DNA from: Squalus acanthias
Taxonomy: Eukaryota
NCBI GenBank assembly: GCA_030390025.1
Contig: CM059433.1
Location: 16,742,001 to 16,806,000, forward strand
Length of the DNA: 64,000 bases
Direction of reading: 5' to 3'
The position numbers were made by a program, and so were the translations under genes. Shown here piece by piece: positions 26,800-36,883 of this stretch (position 1 is its first letter; the number at the start of each line of letters is the position of its first letter). The notes below the pieces were generated by a model. The model was given only the letters and a program-made list of their open reading frames with translations, was not told the DNA's origin and did no database searches.

Positions 26800-28850
26800 T
26801 TTTTAAATTTCATTCTCAGGATGTGGGCGTCGCTGGCAAGGCTGGCATTTATTGCCCATCCTTTGTTGCTTTGAAAAGGTGGTGGCGGGCCTTCTTCTTG
26901 AACCACTGCAGTCCATGTGTTTATGGTGCTGCCATAATAGTGTTAGGCAGGGTATTCCAAGATATTGACCCAAAGAAGAAAAAGCGGTATATGTCCAAGT
27001 CAGGATGGTGTGTGAGTTGGAGGAGAACTTGGAGGCAATGGTGCTTCCATGACTCTGTCGCTCTTGTCCTTCTTGGTGACAAAGACCGTAGGGGAAGGAG
27101 GTGCCGTTGAAGTAACCTTAATGAGTTGTTGCAGTGCTTCCTGTAGATTGTGCATACTGCAGCCACAGTGCGCCAATGGTGGAGGGGTGGATACTGGTGC
27201 AGAATTTCCTGAAAATGCTCACCAAAACAACATAATTATGGCATAACGCCGCTTATCAGTGTAAGAGATCGAGGAAATTCAGTCGCAAGTGACTTAGACC
27301 TATTTTTACGCTGTCCCCGAATTTGCTCTGTGTTTTGCGTCGATTCAGTTAAACCCTCCGCCAGTCATTAACATAGCTCCAGCCCAATGTAAAAGATCAG
27401 AGAATGCGAGTTTCCTGCATATATACATCAGTTCCGAACAGGTGTAAATTTACACCTAAAATTTTAGGCACAACAGGACCCAAAATCATATTTCTGGTGT
27501 TTGTGACTTTTTAAGCGTTTTTTAAAAATATCTGCTCATTGGGACCTACACTGTATCTCATGGATTTTTTAATATGGCATCAGAATCAGTTGTATCAAAA
27601 ATGTAATTAAAAATCAAAAGACTTCCAGGGTTGCAGTTTCTTAAACATGTGTGCCGAATGTGCATAAAGGATTGTTTGATGTCATCAGAATTTTAATTTT
27701 CATACATAAAAGAAGAAATATGATGTAAGTTCCGTGCTTTCCTTGGGCCCCGATTGTTTACATAGATTTCTGCTTGGTTTACGCGTTCGCAAATGTGAAT
27801 GAGATTTCTCAGGAAATTTCGGCACAAGTTGCCAATAGCAAGATCGGCGTACATTTTGGCAGAACTTGGTAGTTGCACCATCTGAAGAAATTCCTGGTGA
27901 TTGAGTCCAGTGGCAGGGCGCTGATCAAGTAGGCTGCTTTGTCCTGGATGGTCTTGATCTTTTTGAGTGCTGTTGCCGCAGCCCCTATCCAGACGAGCAG
28001 TGAGTATTCCATCACACTTGAGTGTTGTAGATGGTGGAGAGGGTTTGAGGCTTCAGAAGGTAAGCCACTCATTGCAGAGTACTCTGCCTCTGCCCTACTC
28101 GTAGCCACAGTGTTGATCTGGTTAGTCCAGGTAAGCTTCAGGTCAGTGAATGTTGATGATGGAGGTTCTCAGTGACAATGGTGCTGTTGAAGGTCAGCAA
28201 AGATATAAGGACCTTTCCTTGGCACTTACATTCTGCAAATGTTACTTGCCACGTCATCCCAAGCCTGGATGTGATCCAGTCCTGCTTTAGGCTGGCATTA
28301 TTAGAGGCGTTGTGAATGGAGAGGAACAGTGTAGAATCGTCTGTGAGCAGTCCCACTCCTGATCTTACAATGAAGGGAAGGTCATTGATAAGGCAGCTGA
28401 AGGTGGTTGGGCCGAGGATTCTGATCTCAGGACCTGCTGCAACGATGTACTGGAGCTGTGATGATTGGCCTCCAACAACCACAGTCATCTTCCTTTGTGT
28501 CAGGTATGATTTCAGCACTGGCGGGTTATCCCCTTAACCCGACTGACCTCAGTTTTGCTCAGGCTCCTTGGTACCATACATGGTTGCATCCCGCCTTTAT
28601 TTCAAGAACAGATAATCTCAACTATCCTTTGCCATTCAGCTTGTGTCCATACCTGGTTCAATGCTGTGATTTGGTCTGGAGCCAAATGATTCTAGCGGAA
28701 CCTGAACTGAGCATCAGTGAGCAGGTTATTGGTGAGTAGGTAATGCTTAACGGTACTATTTCCAACTCCTTCCATCACTTTGCTGATGATTTGGGAAGAG
28801 ACTGATAGTGTAGTAATGGCCAGGTTAGATTTATCCTGGGTGGCAAGTGA
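26800..28850 (-). mobile_element. CR1-like LINE (50714 family), decayed, with a MITE-like insert at ~27195-27898
   Basis: AAVCTIYRKHCNNSLRLL, MEYSLLVW...IQDKAA, ILGPTTFSCLINDLP. The insert is bounded by gaatttcc / gaaattcc. Confidence 0.75.
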
Positions 28851-28996
28851 TTGGGGATTTTTTAACGCAGTATTACACAGTTTCCATAGGGTTCAATTTC
28901 ACACAGAGGTATACGTATGGAACATTTGATTGTAGCCTTTGTCCAACAAACACCTAAGCATTCAAAATCAAAGCTGCAACCTTGCACTTAAATAAT

Positions 28997-29742
28997 GGGC
29001 CAGAAATTCGGCTCTCCGGCTTCCCGTGGGTGCAAGGATCGCGCGCGTACTTACCTACCGCCCCTGCCGTTGTGTTTCGGGCCCGCGTGGACTTCGGCTC
29101 CTGGGCCTCCTGCAGCTGCCGGCGCGCAGTGCTTGCGTATCCCAGGGGCGCAGTTAGTTCGAAGCGTCCCCTGGGATCACGTGGGCCATGGAGAGCCAAT
29201 CGGAGCAGGGAATCTCCATTCATAGATTTTGACAGGAAGACCTGTCAAATCTATGAATAGAGATCGGCCCCAAAACCTCACTTAAACTTCAAATACATTT
29301 TTTTTTAATCACATTTTTAAAATAACTATAAATTACATAAATTAACTACGTTTTTGAAAAAATTAATTACACTTTTTAACGGTGCTAAAAATAAACTTAC
29401 CTTTCTTTAAAGTATGTAAAAAAGATAAACCTGTTGAAAAAATGTTTAAATTCTACTTAATTCACCACTTACCTTGTTAATAGCAGGCCTTGCGCCTCCT
29501 TTTTTCCTGCGCAGCTTCTCCATACTTACCCTCCCGGAGAAACCTGAAAAAAAAAACGAAGTTCGCTGCGTGCGCGCTGCCTCTCCGGCGCACGCGGTTG
29601 ACCCTCGAACCCCTTCTTTCACGAGACCAGAAGTTCCGGTTTCCCGTGCATGCGCAGTGCATGCGCGAAACCGGCACTTCCGGTGGCCCTACGGGTGAGT
29701 ACACAGCGCGTACTCACCCGTGGAGACCCGAATTTCTGCCCC
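28997..29742. mobile_element. Non-autonomous PIF/Harbinger-like transposon (MITE)
   Basis: 21-bp TIRs gggccagaaattcggctctcc / ggagacccgaatttctgcccc (19/21 match) and a 3-bp TSD AAT on both sides. Confidence 0.85.
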
Positions 29743-29895
29743 AATATCTACTTCCTGTAGTGGTATTGGCACCAAAGCAACTTAGTCTTCATAAAATCAC
29801 TGTTTAAAATCTAACTATGAATTATAACATAACGAGACTTGTGATAATGTTGCAATCTACATTCATTATTTTGCAGTCCAGTATTTAACAGTGCT

Positions 29896-30913
29896 TGTAA
29901 GGGGTTTTTGTCTCGGGCTTATTTGTAGGTCAGCCAGTTATGATTTCCTGGACTGTCCTTGCCCGCTGTGCGGTTGCGAATCGCTACCCCTTATTAGTTC
30001 TGAGCCCAGGACTTATCGAGCGGCGATAAGGACAAACGAACAGACCCGTGGATTGGTGCGAGGAAAACCAATGTTTATTTACAGAAGTAAAACTACAGAG
30101 AAACAGTATCATATGAAAACGGTTTTACACTTAGCATGGGAAGAGAACGGACACATCGAGAGAAAATCCTAAAATTACAATTTTAGCAATATCCCCATTA
30201 CTTCCCACCCTTATGCCTAACTAGAATTGTCTTGCGACAGCCAGAAGAAGATAATGCTCACCGTTGAAATGGATGGAAAAAACTTGGCCCTGTGCTCTGT
30301 TTCTGCCGTCGACATGTGGCTGCGAAGTTTCTGGTAGTCTTCTTTCTGGGCTGCTGGCCAGCAGACAGAGCGAACTGGGGTCCAGGCAGAGAGAGCGAGA
30401 GAATGGCTGGGTCTTCCCAGTTATACCCCTCCCGGTCGCCCTAATCTCCCTTCCGATCAGCTCATTTCTATTGTCTGATCTGGGCATGATGAATTTTAAC
30501 AAAAGGTACTGGTCTCGGCCCATCATGTTAGATGGCCGGTAATTGTATGATACCAGTTCTTCAACTGCTACCCTATTGTTTGACAGGTTCGATGATTGTC
30601 CAGAACAATTTTGTTGATGGGGCCAGCCCCGTCTCAATGTCCCCGCTGATTATTTGAGCAAACACCTTGAAAGCCTTATGCATAGACCTGATTGTAATGC
30701 ATAAGGAAAGGTCCTGTAACTTCCTGTTGCAGACATCGGAATACACAAGCTGACAGCTTCCCAACATCTGAAAAAGCTCTTGGTCACAAGGTCTGGCCGT
30801 GGCCATTTTATGCCCTGGATTTTAAAACTCAGTCTGACCAGGGTTCCTTATTAATAAGTCCAACAAAAAATCTTCGGTCGGGGGGAACACATGAAATTTT
30901 GCGAATCCTTTCA
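29896..30913 (-). repeat. 3' LTR (1018 bp)
   Basis: Minus strand TGAAAGGATTCGC...CCCCTTACA, with TATAA near 30421-30425 and AATAAA near 30074-30079. About 99% identical to 36884-37898. Confidence 0.97.
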
Positions 30914-30923
30914 GTCCCCCCTG
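30914..30923 (-). other. Polypurine tract
   Basis: CAGGGGGGAC immediately precedes the 3' LTR on the minus strand. Confidence 0.8.
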
Positions 30924-31257
30924 TGGAGACTTAAACTTGCTTGAAGTGTCCATACAAGGTGAACAAAATTTCTGACTGTCGCAAACAACCTTCCCCTTTA
31001 TTTACCTATCCCAATTCCCCCGACACGTACATTCCCCCACTTGGAGAATAACCACAGTGTACAGCAGGCATTTTAGATAGGAAACAAATTCTTTTCCAGT
31101 AATCCCAGCACGGAGGGGGTCCAACATACCCCTGCACCACTTGGGATAAAACAGTTTTTTTTTTAATCAAACAAAAAAACAACAAACGGAGGGGACCATC
31201 TTTATTAAAAATAATAAAATTAGGCCACCATCACTCGTAAGTGGTGCGACACGGAAT

Positions 31258-33606
31258 TCACGCGAGTGTCTCGTCTACCCGAGCATACTGGTCCCTCCAA
31301 ACCCTTTGGGTTCTTGCTACTGCCTCGGGACCCTTTTTCCGACACTGGACGCAAACCAGGTAGAGGACGATCCCGAGCTGACAAATTACGAGCGCGTGTG
31401 ATGCCAGACGAATCCAGGAGGGGACCTCGATATTCTCAAAGATGTCCCACCAGGGTGGGGTCGTAATATCCAGAATATCGGCCCCTATCTGGATAGTCTT
31501 CTGCTCCAGTGTATGAAAAATGCTTTTGCGACACTACTACGGCCCTTAATAGTTTAATGAGGTGTTCTGGGAGAGGGGGAATCTGGTAGCCGAAGTGAGC
31601 CACATACTTTTGGAGGTTGGTGAAATTCTCTCTTACAGTTAGGTGAACCGTGGATGGTTCAGGAATGGGGACAATTCGTTCCTGGGCCACTTGAACTTCT
31701 GCCTTGGGTTTAAAGCAGAAGCTGCTGTCACTCACCGCGCACCAGCTGTGCTGTCCGTGCTGGTAGTGAGACGCTCCTGTGGTGACGCAATATGTCCCAC
31801 CTCCTATATATGCTACCTGTGGGGGAACATGGCCTTGTGCCATGGCTTCCATGGTACAATTTATAGGTTTTGCGTCAGCAGCTCTGAACCCGCATTGTGG
31901 TTTCGAATAGGCATTCAAGTGCTGGGGACACAGGATGATGTGTGCTCCCCGGCTACGGCACCCCGAGAGGTCAGTACCCGTCATAGCGTGATCCCACTTT
32001 ATGACGTAGGGCGGGACCGCTGTAAAACGAACGTGTACACCCCCCTGAATTACACCAATGTTCTCCACCCTGTATACCGGCGCGGGTCGGGCCGTCCCGC
32101 CCATGACCGGCATCCTTACTATTATCCCCATGATAGTGTGGTTGGAACGTCCACAGTCCACTGGGACTGGGTAGGCCTCGGAAGCTAGTCGGACCTGGCA
32201 CGGGCTTAATGCGTTCTCAAAAGGGTGGAGGGCTGCGAGGTGCTTGTTGCTGATCCAGGAGGGGACCAAACCCTTTTTAAGTCCTCCAGATTTCTGCGGC
32301 CCTCGCCCAGCAACCATGCCCCGTACAGTACGCACACCTCGTTTTGCGTAGCCTGGTCAGACGTATTCCGATCCTCCCTAATGAGCGCATTCACCGTCTT
32401 TGCATGTATCTCCAGCTCCGCTATGATCTCCTTTAGATGGAGAGTCATGGCCTGGTCTTCATGCAGTTCCGAACCCACTACCTTATTCTCATCAGTTAAG
32501 ACCTTCTTTAATTGGGTCTTCAGACCGTTGATCTGCGTCTGCAGTTCAATGTCGTCTAAACTATTAATAACTGAAGACCCCGCATTAAAACCCGTTAAAA
32601 CATCATTAACAGTACCCCTTCTCTGTCTCCCCACCCCGTCCCAAGCCTCGTGGCTATGTGTATACAATTTGGTCTTATCGATCTCTGCAAAATCGAATTC
32701 GTAAAACTTTTGAAATGTTTCCCTTAAGAGGGCTTGATATAGTTTAACGGTCTCTGCAGGGCACCACGCGGGCAAGTGCACCTCAGTGAGATTTAAGATC
32801 ACCGAGGCCACCGCGTAATGCACCCCTTGATAGAGCACCTGGTCTGTGGGTACCAGCACCAGGCCATTCCCTGGTCCCTTGGTGGTGGCGGGGCATCCCT
32901 CTGCTACAGTCCGTGACGTCGGGGTCGTGGGCAAGGGCTGTCGGGGACGGGTCACTAATTCAGTGGCATTAACCGAGATTGGGGAGTATGGGATCGCGCA
33001 TGCATCCAGGCGCGACCCCCAGTCCATCCCCCTCCCGTTATCCTGCCACTGGCTGTGGAAAATGATGGAAACGCCCGTGGGGCAGACTCTCTCTGAACCC
33101 CACATACAGACATAGATCCCCTGATCCGGTTCCCACCATTTGTCCCAGCACACACTTAACCCTCCCTGGGACCCCGTGATGGTCCTGTGGGTGTCGTTCC
33201 CTAACCTTTCCCATTCTACCCTGGGGTTCCCCATGTCTTTGCTTAATTTTCTGAGCCACCACCACCTATCCAGGGGAATGTTGCCCTTACATGACAATCA
33301 AATCCTTTTGCCCACGGTGACGCTGATCCTTGGCGTGACGATCCGTATCCTCGGGCACTGGAGGGAGGCCTCCCCATATGTAAAACCGGTCTGGCTCGAG
33401 TACTGGGTCGAGTTTGACCCCAGCCATCCAGGCCAGCTCCCCTCGTGAGTATACGAGGCAATTTCATCCGCCTCGCGTAGGCCACTTCCATCGTGGGCTA
33501 GGGGCGCCGTCCTTCCGGAGCATCCGAAGATGCGGTGGTCCTCGGTGTCGCCCCTTCTCGCGAGGCTCAGCCCAGACAGGGCGAGCAAGATCAGGCCTCC
33601 GAACAT
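31258..33606 (-). pseudogene. env: env: class I fusion glycoprotein (F-like) with an N-terminal Ig-like domain, ~782 codons, one stop and two compensating frameshifts
   Basis: Signal peptide MFGGLILLALSGLSLA, Ig motif C...W...DQGIYVC, RQRR furin site at 32617-32628, fusion peptide plus heptad repeat, Cys-rich region, TM IRLASHALVICQLGIVLYLVCV, and a tail with YARV. Stop at 33298-33300. Frameshifts at ~32276 and ~31518. Confidence 0.88.
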
Positions 33607-33621
33607 TTCCCTTTTAATTGC

Positions 33622-33640
33622 CTGAAAAAAAATAAAGAAC
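33622..33640 (-). promoter_or_regulatory. env splice acceptor
   Basis: GTTCTTTATTTTTTTTCAG|G lies 15 nt upstream of the env ATG. Confidence 0.7.
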
Positions 33641-33859
33641 ATCTAGCCAGGCTCCCTACAGGCTCCTTGGCAGGGGTGAAGTGTGAGCGGGTCCCTCGAC
33701 CTCAGCTCACATGGACAAACACACATACACTGGAACGGTACCATCTTAAAACTGCTATACGGTTCCGCACCTTAAAATCAAACTCAACAATCTAACTTAA
33801 AACTACAAACTTCTCAGACCAAGTTCTGTACATTTGCCGCCCGTCTCCGAGCGGCTAGC

Positions 33860-34954
33860 TTAAGCTCTGTTAGGACTGCGGCAGGCTGCTCCCTGCAGCG
33901 TGGCTGTACGGACCCTTACTTCTGGTCCTTCACAGCCTGCGACTGTTGGCTGGGGACCTTTGTCTTTTAACTTAACTGTAGCTCGGGAGGTCGCCCCTTT
34001 AAACTGGAGAGTCGGCGACCATGCCTTCCTAGGTTGGGGTGTCCGAGGGGACCTCCTAGGAAGTGCTATAGGTGGGGCTACCCTGGCGAGTGGACCTTTG
34101 CCGTGGGTCGCAGTCCTCGCTGGCTGGGGGCTTTTCCCCCGTGGCTCCTCCCCTCCCAAGTCTGAGCTGGGGACAGGCAATCCCTCGCTGCCTGCTGCTG
34201 TTGGCTGAGAGTCCTCGCCTCCAGAACCTTCAAAACCTGGGTCGGGGGCGGGGCTATCTGGTTCAGGCTCCTCCTCCTCCCCACCTGAGTCCCAGAAGAG
34301 AGGGGGGGTGGTTCGAACAGGGGCCCTGGTGACTCCTCCCTCAACGCACGCAACTGTACCTGCGTGTGTTGCCTGTGAGCTGAGACTTGCTGGCTCCTCC
34401 CCTTTGTCAGGTTTAAACAGTTTGCACTGGTTAATGCTGCTAGCAGCCTGCCAGTGAACCTGTTTTAAAACCTTGTCCATTGCCTCAAACGGACATTCTA
34501 GGGACTCCCCATTCTCTCTCTTTACCAGGACGGCCTTAAGGACAGGATCCTGGGCTTGGACCTGCTTTAAGTCCGGGGCCAAAGCTACCTCCTGTGTGCC
34601 TCCCTTGCCCCGGATTGCGGCTACTGGACCTGCTTTACAGGGATCCCAGAACTCTCCTTCCCTGGCCCCCTGCTTGGCCAGCTTGCTGGCCTTTTGGTTA
34701 CCCTCCCACGTGGTATGGAGGGATCCTAAATCTATGTCCAAAGGTTTGGACATTGCCCCAGCCTGCTTGTTCCCTGTGAATCCCATTAAACTGTACGGGA
34801 CCCCGTTAGACCTGGGTGAATTGGTCGGGTCTTCCGAATGGACCACCGTGCTGGCAGCTCCGGTGTCCACCAAACATCTCCCCTGCACTTTCTCCACCCC
34901 CTTCTTAACATCGTATCCCGGGGAACACAGGTGGACAGGCTGCGCTGGTTCTAG
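33860..34954 (-). pseudogene. pol: Internally deleted pol: partial aspartic protease, RNase H end, integrase-region remnants and a Pro/acidic tail
   Basis: CLVDTGAASTVV (DTG at 34859-34867), GNQKASKLAKQGA (RNase H C-terminal GN..AD.LAK-like), DLKQVQAQDPVL, INQCKLF. No YxDD or DDE core is visible. Confidence 0.8.
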
Positions 34955-36880
34955 TCATAGGTCTGCGTTGTATGGGGCTGATGGGATCAATGCGCCAGTG
35001 GCTGTAGCTACCTTCCCCGGACTGGTCAGGAGAACCCGCAGTGATTCTAGAACGCTCTCTACTGTGGGGGTCCCAGTGTCTACCTTTGGGCCTGGAGCTG
35101 TGGAGCTCTTTCCCTTGGTGTCCTTCCAGGGGTTTTTGCAATCTTTGCGCCAGTGGCCGTCCTTCCCGCAGCCATAGCAGTTTAACTTATTCTGGGAGGG
35201 ACGGTTTCCCTCCTGGTGCCACTCTTTCTTATTCTGGCCCCCAGGTTTAACCTCGTGGACTTTCCCTTTGGACTGGGGCGGCTCAATTCCCCTCCCGTTA
35301 TTTCTAAATGCTACCGTGAGCTGGCGGATCACCATTTCCTCGGTGGTCTGGGGGTTTCGGGGGTCAAACCAGGCCGCAGCCTGGGCTCGGATTTGGGGCA
35401 GGCAGTTTGTCATGAGACAACGGAGCAAGTGGGCCAATTGGTCTCTGTTTAGGAACGTCCGCACTGGCGTTCCCAGGCACGCGCTCTGGTAGACTGGCCA
35501 CAGCCTGTCTGCGAATGCCTGCGGGGACTCCCCGGGGAGCTGTACCGTTTTTTCCACTCAGGCGAACGGACTCCCATCATTTAGTCCCATGGCCTCCAAT
35601 ATCTCATCCCTTAACTCCTCGTAATCTTTCTGTCTCTTCTTACACTCATCCGATAGGGTTTGGAGGAGATCACTACCCAGAGAGAACAGCAGCATTTTTG
35701 CTTGTTCTGCCTCATCGCAGTCATTCACGCATGCTGCCTGGTCTATCTCCCGGAAATGTAGAGAGGGGTCCCCCCTCACTGTGAGCTTAGGGATGTGTCC
35801 AACCATGGCTCTGAGCTGTTGGGTACCATGCGGCACTACAAACTGGTTCTGGATGGCCCCCAGGTCCTCGCCATCGGCTGGCGGGCCGTACCTCCGTTGT
35901 TTGAGGGGGTACACTGGTCCCGGACCCGGTTTATCCCCTAGGGCCTGCTGGGTCTCCCCTAATGCTCCATCCTCCACCCCCTCTTGCTGCCAGGCCTCCT
36001 GAAAACTCGGGGCTATGGGTGGCGGTCGTGAAACCTCTGATTCCCTAACCAGTGCCTTTCTGGGAGCTGCCTGTGGGACTTCCCTGCTTGGGTTGCCGGT
36101 AAAATCCAACTGGCCCGTCTTCGGGCTAATGAGGCATACCATGCCCTTCGCCCTTACTAAGGCCATGCCCAAGCTTTCTATTTCTTGCCTGCAGGGGCCG
36201 TAGTTGGCGTCTTCAAACCCGTGGGCACAAGCCAGCTTATATGCTGCTTTTACTTCGCCTACTTTCTCCTCCTGCTCTTTCAATTCTTGCGTGAGGCTGG
36301 AAATCTTGTCCATTAATCTAACCTCACTACCTCTCGCCTCTCTGACCTGGTATTCCAGGTGTTCCATCCTGTGCCTAGCGCTACCTTTGAGCTCAGCGAT
36401 CCGGTCTTCCAGGCGCTCTGACTTTGCCTGGTGTTCCCTTTGAGCTTCAACGGCCCGGGCCCTCATACGCTCTAACTCAGCCTGATGGTCCCGTGCCGTC
36501 TGTGCCCTCTCTTGGTTTACTGCCTGGAGGGCCGCGATTACTTTCTCCTCCGCTGCGGTCTTTTCCTGCAGCTCTCGGGTCAACTGTTTGATCTTGGCTG
36601 CTCGTGTTGCAACAGCACGGTCTAACACTAAAACCTACTTTTTCCAACACATGAGCCAGACCGCCTTTTCAATACCTCTCCTGTACTCTTTACTTGCTGT
36701 CCACTGGGCAGCTGCATCTAGGGGGCGCTCGGCTTTTAACATATCGCACACCCATTTTTTTGCGATATTTACTTTGCCGCACACATAGGTCGATAACCTA
36801 CGCTCCATTGCGGATTCCTCCTCCGCAACACAGTCTGCCTTATCACACGCTTTCGCCTGGGCTCCTACCTGGCTCGCCAT
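34955..36880 (-). pseudogene. gag: gag, ~641 codons, two in-frame stops
   Basis: Three same-frame ORFs are separated by TAG at 36635-36637 and TGA at 35558-35560. Contains a long coiled coil, an MHR-like QLPGESPQAFADRL, and the zinc knuckle CYGCGKDGHWRKDC at 35138-35179. Confidence 0.88.
36862..36879 (-). other. Primer binding site, tRNA-Arg(ACG)-like
   Basis: TGGCGAGCCAGGTAGGAG lies 4 nt after the 5' LTR. It matches 16/18 to the complement of the vertebrate tRNA-Arg(ACG) 3' end as I recall it (TGGCGAGCCAGCCAGGAG). Confidence 0.8.
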
Positions 36881-36883
36881 TTC

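Noticed and set aside
30221..30806. ORFs of 77-139 aa within both LTRs as accessory genes
   Set aside because: They are duplicated only because the LTRs are. They use non-ATG or weak starts, differ in frame between the LTRs and show no recognisable motif.
34473..35177. 234-aa plus-strand ORF antisense to gag/pol
   Set aside because: Likely a shadow ORF of GC-rich coding sequence, with a non-ATG start and no motif.
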